Shown one piece after another: positions 9,482-17,864 of a stretch of 64,000 nucleotides of DNA (positions within the stretch are counted from its first letter, which is position 1; each line of letters starts with the position of its first letter). The stretch lies in contig CAMDBH010000002.1 of assembly GCA_945889325.1 (NCBI GenBank), forward strand, positions 39,242 through 103,241, given 5' to 3'. The DNA is from Klebsiella pneumoniae (GTDB taxonomy: Bacteria; Myxococcota_A; UBA9042). The position numbers and the translations under genes are program-made. Under the pieces are notes generated by a model that was not told the DNA's origin, ran no database searches, and saw only the letters and a program-made list of their open reading frames with translations.

Positions 9482-10447
9482 ATGTCGCACAAGCAGTTCC
9501 GCATTCTGGTCAGTGATCCCGTGGCCGCCGACGCCGTCGATGTCTTGCGTGAATCCAACATCTGCGACGTCGACGTCAAAACCGGCCTCAAACCCGACGA
9601 ATTCAACGCGATCATCGGCGATTACGACGGTCTGGTTGTGCGCTCAATGACCAAAGTCAAGGCCGACTCTTTTGTTTTTGCCAAGAAACTCAAAGTCATC
9701 GGCCGCGCCGGCGCTGGCGTCGACAACGTCGACGTGCCCGCAGCGACCGCCAACGGCACGATCGTGATGAACACGCCCGGCGGCAACCAAAATGCCGTGG
9801 CTGAACTGGTGCTTGGCTACTTGTTCGCGTTGGCGCGATCGATTCCGGCCGCCAGCGCATCGACCAAGGGCGGCAAGTGGGAAAAATCCAAATTCTTGGG
9901 TCAGGAAATCGAAGGCAAAACGCTGGGCATTGTCGGTTTGGGCGCCATCGGCAAGATCGTCGCGCGCAAAGCCGGCGCATTGGGCATGAAAGTGCTGGGT
10001 TACGATCCAATGCTGACGGCTGAGCAGGCGCAGGACATCGGCGCGCAATACGTGAGTCTGGATGATTTGCTTGCACAATCCGACGCTGTGACGATTCACG
10101 TGCCGCTGATCACGTCGACCAAGGGCCTGTTTGACAAAGCCGCGTTCGCAAAAATGAAAAAGGGCGCGTGGCTTATCGATGCTGCGCGCGGTGGCATTGT
10201 GGTCGAAAGCGATCTGGCCGACGCCCTGCAAAGCGGCCACCTGGGGGCGGCCGCGATGGATGTGTTTGAAGCAGAACCCACGCCTGCCGACAATCCGTTA
10301 TTTTCACAAGTGAATTTGTTGGCTTCGCCGCATATCGGCGCTTCGACGGTGCAGGCCCAGGACAATGTGGGCATCCAGATTGCCCATCAAATCGTGGCGT
10401 TTCTGCGTGACGGTGTGGCACAAAATGCGGTGAACCGACTAGCCTAG
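9482..10447 (+). CDS. serA: D-3-phosphoglycerate dehydrogenase-like (short form) / D-isomer-specific 2-hydroxyacid dehydrogenase
   Basis: KLKVIGRAGAGVDNVDV…, NAD-binding GIVGLGAIGKIVARKA, catalytic R…E…H arrangement (…ARGG…E…PHIGAST). No ACT domain. Confidence 0.75.
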   Translation: MSHKQFRILVSDPVAADAVDVLRESNICDVDVKTGLKPDEFNAIIGDYDGLVVRSMTKVKADSFVFAKKLKVIGRAGAGVDNVDVPAATANGTIVMNTPGGNQNAVAELVLGYLFALARSIPAASASTKGGKWEKSKFLGQEIEGKTLGIVGLGAIGKIVARKAGALGMKVLGYDPMLTAEQAQDIGAQYVSLDDLLAQSDAVTIHVPLITSTKGLFDKAAFAKMKKGAWLIDAARGGIVVESDLADALQSGHLGAAAMDVFEAEPTPADNPLFSQVNLLASPHIGASTVQAQDNVGIQIAHQIVAFLRDGVAQNAVNRLA

Positions 10448-10556
10448 GTTTGTCGGCACTTCGGCACAGCAGGACGCTCCGACTGCCAAACTGGACGACC
10501 GACCGGCGATCAGTAGAGCCGGGGCCGCCCAGTCGAGCGTCGAATCGCAGAGGCCT

Positions 10557-11192
10557 TTAATCACGGGTGCTTACCTCCGCGGTTTGGCGCCGTGCGCGCG
10601 CGATCAGCGCGCCCATGGCAAAGGCCAAGCCGAGCATGGCGCCGCGGTCGACCGCGTCGGTCGGCGAAGCGGTGCACCCGCCCTTGTGCTCGGGCTCAGG
10701 TGCGGTCGCAACGGCGCCCGCATCGGCGACTTCGCCGCTTGCGGCATCGCCACTTGCAGCCGCGTCCGCACTTGCAGCCGCGTCAGCACTTGCCGCCGCG
10801 TCAGCGCCGGCCGCTGCGTCACCACTTGCCGCCGCATCGACGCTCTGTCCCGCATCTGGAGGCGGTGCGACACCCGCGTCCGGCTCGGCAGCCGCATCGC
10901 CACCTGCCGCGATATCGGCGGCAGCCGAAACGTCGTCGGGCGCCGCGACATCGGCGGCGACAGCGGCGTCCGCTTCACTGGGCGTTGGCTCTTTGGGCAG
11001 CGCAACATCGGGATCTGACGCTACATCTGCTGCTGGGGCCACGTCTTCGATGGCAGCGTCGGGGGATCCGTTGCTGGCATCTTCTTCGGCAAAGGCGACC
11101 AACGGCAGCAGGATCGCGCCGACGAAAGTCGCCAAAATACTCAACTGTTGAAAAATTCGACCCTGGGCAATGCTAAAAAATTGGACGCTCAT
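10557..11192 (-). CDS. secreted Ala/Asp-rich low-complexity protein with C-terminal MYXO-CTERM-like sorting signal (GGC + TM helix + RARR)
   Basis: N-terminal signal peptide (MSVQFFSIAQ…LPLVAFAEE). DAAASADAAAS repeats. C-terminus PEPEHKGGCTASP…MLGLAFAMGALIARARR. Confidence 0.5.
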   Translation of the reverse strand: MSVQFFSIAQGRIFQQLSILATFVGAILLPLVAFAEEDASNGSPDAAIEDVAPAADVASDPDVALPKEPTPSEADAAVAADVAAPDDVSAAADIAAGGDAAAEPDAGVAPPPDAGQSVDAAASGDAAAGADAAASADAAASADAAASGDAASGEVADAGAVATAPEPEHKGGCTASPTDAVDRGAMLGLAFAMGALIARARRQTAEVSTRD

Positions 11193-11351
11193 TTGCACAC
11201 TCCAAACGGCCATCAGCGGCCTGTCATCAGAGTGACCCTGCCCCAACGGCTGGGTCAAAATGGCGGTGCAAACCCTGACATTTTTGTCAGTGCCAATTTT
11301 TCAGGCGCTTGTGCTTGGGTGCCGCGACAAATTTGTCGCGTATCAAATCCG

Positions 11352-12188
11352 TCAGCCGAGATCGACGACCTGCCCTTCGGCGGCGGCAAACAGTTCAATC
11401 TTTGTAAGCTCTTGCATGACGAGGACTGACTTTTCAATCAGGGCATCGGTGGCATCGGGCGCGTGATGAAACAGCGCGCAGCGCCGAGCTCCCGCCTGTT
11501 CTGCAACGGATATCGCCTGTTGGGCCGTGGCCTGCCCATGTGCGTACACGCCTGGCGCGCGGTCATCGCCGGACATGTTGTCGTGGATCAGCAGATCGAC
11601 GCCGCGCACAAAATCGACAATCTGCGCAGGCACCGGCGCGACGCCGTAGTCAACAGCCGTAAACACGCCAATGGCTTGATCATCGGCCTGCACGCGAAAG
11701 CCGATCGTCGGCGCATTGCCGTGAGGCAACTGTATGGCGTGAATGGTAAAACCGTTGACTTCGATGGCGTGATTGGCCGCCAATTCGTGAATTTGTACTT
11801 GCGCAAACAAATTCTCAAGTGAGTTTATCGGACTGTAGTGATGATTCAGCAAATCTTCCAAGGTGTTGTGCAGCGGTTGCCCTTCCGACGCGGCACCGTA
11901 AATGTCAATGCGGTTGCCCGGCACGAAAAACGGCACGAAAAACGGCAAACCTTGGGTGTGCTCCAATTGGGTGTGCGACAGCAGAATCGGCAACATGCCT
12001 TGACCTTTAGAGAATTCAGCGGCCATGAGCGCGCGACCCAAGCCGATCGCGCCACTGCCTAGATCGACAAGCAGGCGAAGGCCCGCGCGGTTGGTGAATT
12101 CAAGGGCGCAAGTGTTACCGCCGAAGCGCAAAACGTCCGGACCGGTGACGGGAAAACCGCCGCGGGTGCCCCAAAAACGCACTTTCAC
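11352..12188 (-). CDS. MBL-fold metallo-hydrolase (paralog B)
   Basis: MKVRFWGTRGGFPVTGP…GGNTCALEF…VDLGSG…; HxHxDH-type region (LLSHTQLEHTQGL). Start-stop overlap with the upstream paralog. Confidence 0.7.
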   Translation of the reverse strand: MKVRFWGTRGGFPVTGPDVLRFGGNTCALEFTNRAGLRLLVDLGSGAIGLGRALMAAEFSKGQGMLPILLSHTQLEHTQGLPFFVPFFVPGNRIDIYGAASEGQPLHNTLEDLLNHHYSPINSLENLFAQVQIHELAANHAIEVNGFTIHAIQLPHGNAPTIGFRVQADDQAIGVFTAVDYGVAPVPAQIVDFVRGVDLLIHDNMSGDDRAPGVYAHGQATAQQAISVAEQAGARRCALFHHAPDATDALIEKSVLVMQELTKIELFAAAEGQVVDLG

Positions 12189-13222
12189 AGCGGCGCCCGT
12201 TTTGCGTGAGGTGCCGTTCTGTTGGCTTTTCGCTTGGGTGTCGCAAACGATGCTGGGACCAAACTGGGCGCATTTTTGGCTGTTTTGCGCAATCGATGCT
12301 TCGCCTTGCCCGCAACGACCAAAGTCATGCCCTGCCGCGAAGCGATGACCTCAATGCCGTGTTGAAGCCCCATTTCAGCGTATTTGACGGCCAATTCATC
12401 CATCATTTCATCATGATGAGACGGCGCGTGGTGGTAAAGCACCAGCGTGTGCACGCCGGTGCCAATGCAAGTTTGCAAGGCCTGATCGGGCGTGGAATGA
12501 CCGTAGTGCGGAAATCTTGTGTATTCTTCTTGGGTAAAGTGGGTGTCGTAAATCACGGTGTCGACCCCTTGCAACGCCGCGATCAAGTTTTGCTCCATGG
12601 TGCCCAGCGCCGCCCGATCGGCATCGGTCAGTGGTTCCATGCCTTTGAGGAAATGTCGCTTGTGCAAAATGTCGCAAAAGGGTGCGGTATCACACACGTA
12701 TGCCAGCGCTGCGCCCGCGCCCTGCACGCGATAGCCGACTGCGCCCAGCGGGTGGTTCAGGGATATCGGCAGCAGCGTAAAGTCAAAAATGTCAAACGCT
12801 TGACCCGGATGCACTTCGGAAAAGGTGAATTGCGCCGGGATCGCCGCCAAGGAGGCGGGGAAAAATTCCTTGCGCGCGGCGCCTGCGATCACGTCGTGAA
12901 GCGAATCCTCCGCCGCCCGCAGCATGTGAATCGTCACCCGCGCGCCTGGCAGCCACAAGGGCCGAAAAAACGGCAGACCTTGGATGTGATCCCAATGAAC
13001 GTGAGAGAGCAATATTTCAAATTCTGGAACAAATTTAGGATCTTTGGCGGCTTCTTGCATGATCTGCTCGCCCAGCGCCCGCAGGCCTGTTCCGGCATCG
13101 ATGATGATGCGTTTGCCGGAATTGGCGCGAACTTCGACGCAAGACGTTTCACCGCCGTAACGCACTGTCTGCGGACCTGGTACGGGATGGCTGCCGCGCA
13201 CACCCCAAAACGTCACTTGCAT
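12185..13222 (-). CDS. MBL-fold metallo-hydrolase (paralog A)
   Basis: MQVTFWGVRGSHPVPGP…GGETSCVEV…IDAGTG…LLSHVHWDHIQGLPFF. Confidence 0.7.
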   Translation of the reverse strand: MQVTFWGVRGSHPVPGPQTVRYGGETSCVEVRANSGKRIIIDAGTGLRALGEQIMQEAAKDPKFVPEFEILLSHVHWDHIQGLPFFRPLWLPGARVTIHMLRAAEDSLHDVIAGAARKEFFPASLAAIPAQFTFSEVHPGQAFDIFDFTLLPISLNHPLGAVGYRVQGAGAALAYVCDTAPFCDILHKRHFLKGMEPLTDADRAALGTMEQNLIAALQGVDTVIYDTHFTQEEYTRFPHYGHSTPDQALQTCIGTGVHTLVLYHHAPSHHDEMMDELAVKYAEMGLQHGIEVIASRQGMTLVVAGKAKHRLRKTAKNAPSLVPASFATPKRKANRTAPHAKRAPL

Positions 13223-13526
13223 ACGTGCGTTTCATCTCCTCAAAAGCCGTTACCGCACTCGATTAGGTGTCCGAAGATACCACAGAACCGAGGTTGCGCA
13301 AATAAAACGCAGTGCGCTTCGCGGTCTAGAATCTGCCTCATTGGATGTTTTGGGGGATTCGCCAAAAGCACAAAAAAAATGGGGCGGATTTTGTCTCGGA
13401 AGCCATGTAAAGCTCAATCAGCGCATGGTGCACCGGTTTGATTCCAAGGGCAAGGTCGTCCGAAATTATTTAACAATTGGCCCACACTGAGGGCCGGTTG
13501 GACAAAATGCCAGTCTAGCTCTACGC

Positions 13527-15977
13527 TTGCGCGGCGGCGGTCGGACGCTTTTGACCGCGCTCTCGCTCCTGCAACCGGATGAACAAATGGCCAAAAGCGG
13601 ACTATCTGGCTTGCCGCCGCACCGCCCGGTTGAAACCGCGCTGACGTATTTGCCCGGCGTGAGCCGCTCTCGCGCAAAAGCGTTGCTCGATCGCGCGCGC
13701 ATCGATCCAGACACGACCACCGACGATCTTTCCGATCTCCAAGTCGATTTGCTGCGCCAATTGCTGCGCGCAGAACTGCGCGATGAATCAGGGGAAATTC
13801 CGGCAGATGCCGACAACAACCGGCCATGGCTGCACGGTGCCGGCGTGGAATTTGCGCCGTATCTCGATCGCGTCCGCGCAATGGTGCAGCGCTATTTGGT
13901 GGTGCTGCGGCCGTGGGATCGCTCGACGGAAGATCCGACCAAAAATCCATTGCCTGCAGGTACTTTGCAAACGCTCGACGCCACTTGCCTGCGCTGCTTG
14001 CGCGGTGAAGCGCTGGATGCAGAACGCACAGCTTTTGTCGGGCGTATGGATGCCCGCCTGATCGAACGCTATGATGATATTGCACCTTCTGGCGAAGGAG
14101 GCCAGCGTTTTGATGAAATGCGGGTCATCTTTGGCCTCAACGATCTGGAATGCGATTTGCTGTGGCTGCTGTTGGCGCCAGAGCTAGTCCCTGAATTTCT
14201 CTGGCTTTACCGAGCTTTATGGCGCGACACCGCGCGCAGCCAGTGGCCGCAGGATTTTTTGCAGCACGGCGTTGATCCTTTTGCCGTGCGCGGCAAGGCG
14301 GTCTTGGCCGCGCTGGCGGCAAATTCGACGCTGCGGCGCTACGGTTTGGTGCTGACGTCCGGCGAAGAGCCATCCCAAGTCTATCATAGGGCAGCTCTTT
14401 TTGCCTGTGGGTATCTTCTCGGCTTGGCCGTCAATCTGAGCGATCTGCCCGGCGTCCTGTCGCACGAAGCCCAAGACACCGCCGCCGATCAGCCGCCACC
14501 GGTTGATGCACCGCAAACACCGGCACTGCGGGAGGCGCTACAGCGCGGTTTTCGCGGGCGGCGGCGCTTTTTGGTGCTCGGGCCCGAACGGGCGGGCGCG
14601 CTGCGCATCGCGCGCGAGGCGCTGCAGCTTTTTGGCGAAGGCATTTTGGACGTTCGGCTGGATCTATTGCTGCAACAAGATGTTGCGCGCATTGGCCACG
14701 TGCTTGGCCGGGCGCGCCTTGCCCGCGCGGGGATTTTTTTTGAGCACGCCGAAGTCATTGACGCCGGCGACCACGGCTCAGAGCGACTGGCGCAAGTCGT
14801 GCAAATGTTGAGCCTTGAAACCACCACGATGTTTTTTCACAGCCAAGGTTCGCAGCGACAAGAAGAGAAAAAACTGATGCCTCGAGCGCATTTGGCGCTG
14901 CTGCGCGATTTGGGAGCCATTGAATTGCCGACCAACGCGCCCGGCATAGACGAACGCAAGATCTTGTGGGGCGATCGCCTGTTGCCGCACATGCAACCCA
15001 CTGAAACGGAAGATGTTGTCGCGTCCGTGAGCGTTTTCAAGTTTGGCGTGGACGAAATCGACCTCGCGGTCAATTTGGCGGCGGCGACGGCCAGACAGCG
15101 CAATCCCAACGTGGCCGCCGTGCGTATCGGCGACATTGAAAAAGCGTGCCGCGATGTCGCGAGTTCGCGGCTGGCCGGTCTGGCCACCCGCGTCAACGTG
15201 CGCGGACGCTGGGAGAATACGATTCTGCCTGAGGAAACCCGCGAGACACTGGACGAAATGGTGCGTTTTGGCAAATTCGCCGGCCACGTGCTAGATGATC
15301 AGGGCTATGGCCGAACGATGGGCTATGGTCGTGCATTGACAGCTCTTTTCAGCGGGCCGTCCGGTACGGGCAAGACGCTTTGCGCGGGCCTAGTAGCGCG
15401 CGATCTCGGTCTGGAGTTGTTCCGCGTCGATTTGGCGAGCGTGGTGTCAAAGTACATCGGTGAGACGGAAGAACGCTTGTCAAAACTATTCGATGCTTCG
15501 CAAGATTCTGGTATCGCTTTGCTTTTTGATGAAGCCGACTCCCTTTTTGCCAAACGCACCGATGTGCAGAGTTCTGTCGATCGCTATGCCAATCTGGAAG
15601 TGAATTATTTGTTGCAACGGCTGGAAGACTATGAAGGCTTGGTCATTTTGACCACCAACAACCCAGAAAGCATCGATCAGGCGTTTATGCGGCGCATTCG
15701 CTTTAAGCCCAATTTTCCCAAACCGGAAGTGGCCGAGCGCGAACGCCTGTGGCGCGTCATGATCCCCGAAACGGCCCCGCGCGAACCCGATTTGAAATTC
15801 CGCGACTTGGCCATCGATTACGAACTGACGGGCGGTCAGATTCAAAATGCCGTGATTCGCGCGGCCGTGTGGGCCGCGGAAAAAACGCAACCGATCAATT
15901 ACTTGCTGCTGGCAAAAGCGGGCGAACGCGAATACAAAGACGCCGGACGGGTTGTCCGCGTCTACGCCGACGAATAG
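13527..15977 (+). CDS. AAA+ ATPase family protein with ~560-aa uncharacterised N-terminal region. An alternative start lies at 13587.
   Basis: C-terminal classic AAA module: Walker A GPSGTGKT, Walker B LLFDEADSLF, then SSVDRYANLEVNYLLQRLEDYEGLVILTTNNPESIDQAFMRRIRF. Confidence 0.75.
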   Translation: MRGGGRTLLTALSLLQPDEQMAKSGLSGLPPHRPVETALTYLPGVSRSRAKALLDRARIDPDTTTDDLSDLQVDLLRQLLRAELRDESGEIPADADNNRPWLHGAGVEFAPYLDRVRAMVQRYLVVLRPWDRSTEDPTKNPLPAGTLQTLDATCLRCLRGEALDAERTAFVGRMDARLIERYDDIAPSGEGGQRFDEMRVIFGLNDLECDLLWLLLAPELVPEFLWLYRALWRDTARSQWPQDFLQHGVDPFAVRGKAVLAALAANSTLRRYGLVLTSGEEPSQVYHRAALFACGYLLGLAVNLSDLPGVLSHEAQDTAADQPPPVDAPQTPALREALQRGFRGRRRFLVLGPERAGALRIAREALQLFGEGILDVRLDLLLQQDVARIGHVLGRARLARAGIFFEHAEVIDAGDHGSERLAQVVQMLSLETTTMFFHSQGSQRQEEKKLMPRAHLALLRDLGAIELPTNAPGIDERKILWGDRLLPHMQPTETEDVVASVSVFKFGVDEIDLAVNLAAATARQRNPNVAAVRIGDIEKACRDVASSRLAGLATRVNVRGRWENTILPEETRETLDEMVRFGKFAGHVLDDQGYGRTMGYGRALTALFSGPSGTGKTLCAGLVARDLGLELFRVDLASVVSKYIGETEERLSKLFDASQDSGIALLFDEADSLFAKRTDVQSSVDRYANLEVNYLLQRLEDYEGLVILTTNNPESIDQAFMRRIRFKPNFPKPEVAERERLWRVMIPETAPREPDLKFRDLAIDYELTGGQIQNAVIRAAVWAAEKTQPINYLLLAKAGEREYKDAGRVVRVYADE

Positions 15978-16000
15978 CAAATATTTTTAGGAGGTTCAAG

Positions 16001-16270
16001 ATGGACAAGGCCACTTTTCTCGACATCGTCAATACGATCGTGCAAGGTTTTGAAGACGCCAATTTTCGCGCGCAATTTGCCGCCGCCCAAGCCAGCGGCG
16101 ACGTGGCGCAGATGATGGCCTTGCCAACTTCAGTGCAAGAACGCGCATTTGCCCGCCACGGTCTGACGGGCGCCAGCGGCACCACGGCGTTCAAGGAAGC
16201 TGGGCGCAATTTTGCGCTCGATGCCGACGTCGGACCGCTTTTGACGCGTATGAAGCAAGCGTTGAAGTAA
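16001..16270 (+). CDS. small hypothetical protein (89 aa) co-transcribed with the AAA+ ATPase
   Basis: Strong SD (aggagg at 15988-15993) 7 nt before the ATG. Only 24 nt after the ATPase stop. Confidence 0.55.
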   Translation: MDKATFLDIVNTIVQGFEDANFRAQFAAAQASGDVAQMMALPTSVQERAFARHGLTGASGTTAFKEAGRNFALDADVGPLLTRMKQALK

Positions 16271-16521
16271 TCACGACCGGCAAAAATGAGATTTTTGCCG
16301 GCGTAGGCAGTGCTAGCTGGGTCGCAAGTTCGCGCTTTTTAAGCGACTCACCCCTCCGTTTGACCCGTTCAAAGCAAAGTAATGGCCAAGAAAGTTGTTT
16401 TTGCCGATCCTCAATATTGTTGCGCGCGCAGGCCGGCAGATCGCAGCTAAAGCAAGCAAGGCGTGGCCCTTTTTGCGGCGTTTCGTTGACAGCTTGCGCC
16501 CGCGATTTTAGGCTATCGTTT

Positions 16522-17841
16522 ATGAGCGAGTCCCCCATCGCCAACCACGTGCGACAATTTATGCCCAAACCGCCCCGCGCAGCGCATCCGCGGTTCGGTT
16601 TTTTTGCGGCTATGCTATCGGTATCGCTGCTATTTCTCGGTGGCTGCGGTGCCGCGGCCAACGAGGCGTGGCGCGACACGCAGGTGGAATCGCTAGAGCC
16701 ATCGGGACCGCAGCGTTACGTCGATGCTTTGCGTTCTGCGGCACTTGGCCGTGTGGAAATGCGCGCCGGACAGGATGCCGTTGCCGGTGAACATTTCCGT
16801 CGCGCCTATCGCAGTCACGCCGAAGTCGGATTTTTATTGGCTTATGCCGATGCAGCGGAGCGCGCGGGGCTGTTCGCCGAGAGTTCAGAAGCTGCGCAGC
16901 GCGCGCTCTTGTATCCGCTTGACGACGAGCAGCGGTTGAAGGTTCAGGCGCAAGTGACGCGTCTGCAACCGCAAATCGTACCGGGGCTGATCGCCGTCGC
17001 GGTCAACGTGCGGCCGGAAAATGCCCGGGTCGAACTGAGCCAGAGCGCGTCAGATGGCCAAAAGCGCCTGCGGATTGTCATCGGTCCCAGCCGGGTGTTT
17101 TTGCAGCCCGGAACTTGGTCGGTCGAATCGACTTCCAAAGGTTTCAACAGTGAAATGAGGACGTTCCAAGTCGGCGGCCCGGAAGGTAACCTGTTGGCGA
17201 TTGCGCTGCAGGTGGAGGACAACGGGCCCGCGCTCGTCGGCACGCCGCATCCGGATCAGCCCGAAAAAATTGTCAAAAAGCCGATCGAACCGGAGAAAAA
17301 ACCAGATGTTGTGGTGAAAAAGCCCGATCCGGATGAAGAACCGGATGAAACGCCGCTGGTCAAGGCACCCGACCTCAAACCCACGCCGCGCGACGAAAAA
17401 GGCCCGATCGTGACGTACGAGGACAAAAACGCCCCGCCCAAGCGGAGTTTCCTGCACAAATGGGGGCCGATCGCGACGAGCGCGCTCGGCGTGGCGGCTT
17501 TGGGTGGCGGTGGCTACTTTGGCTACCGAGCAAAGCAAAGTGGCGATACTGCCAACGCGTTATCGCCTTCTGACCCAAAATACTCTAACTTGCTTAATCA
17601 GTATGCGGACAATGCGACCGCTAACGCAAAACTGGCCACTTACAGCTTTATCGGCGGTGGCGTTTTGCTTGCAGCCGGCACTTTGTGGATGTTTTTTGCC
17701 CCAACGGCCGATGTGCCGCCGCCGCCACCGACTGGAAAACCGGCCGTGCGGGTCCCGCCCGCAGCGCCCGCGTTGGCCGAAGTGTTGCTGCCGTCGGTCG
17801 GCGTAACGCCGAGTTCGCTCAGCTTCAGTTGGAAATTCTAG
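16522..17841 (+). CDS. lipoprotein with PEGA-like domain, Lys/Pro-rich linker and C-terminal TM segment
   Basis: Lipobox LLFLGGCG. PEGA-like stretch (GLIAVAVNVRPENARVEL…GTWSVESTSKGFNSEMRTFQV). KKPIEPEKKPDVVVKKPDPDEEPDE. Confidence 0.5.
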   Translation: MSESPIANHVRQFMPKPPRAAHPRFGFFAAMLSVSLLFLGGCGAAANEAWRDTQVESLEPSGPQRYVDALRSAALGRVEMRAGQDAVAGEHFRRAYRSHAEVGFLLAYADAAERAGLFAESSEAAQRALLYPLDDEQRLKVQAQVTRLQPQIVPGLIAVAVNVRPENARVELSQSASDGQKRLRIVIGPSRVFLQPGTWSVESTSKGFNSEMRTFQVGGPEGNLLAIALQVEDNGPALVGTPHPDQPEKIVKKPIEPEKKPDVVVKKPDPDEEPDETPLVKAPDLKPTPRDEKGPIVTYEDKNAPPKRSFLHKWGPIATSALGVAALGGGGYFGYRAKQSGDTANALSPSDPKYSNLLNQYADNATANAKLATYSFIGGGVLLAAGTLWMFFAPTADVPPPPPTGKPAVRVPPAAPALAEVLLPSVGVTPSSLSFSWKF

Positions 17842-17864
17842 ACAGTCGCGTTTTAGGAGTTCTC

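Noticed and set aside
10567-11176. Multiple long plus-strand ORFs overlapping the Ala/Asp-rich gene
   Set aside because: Low-complexity GC-rich repeats are open in several frames. Only the minus frame has a signal peptide and a sorting-signal-like C-terminus.
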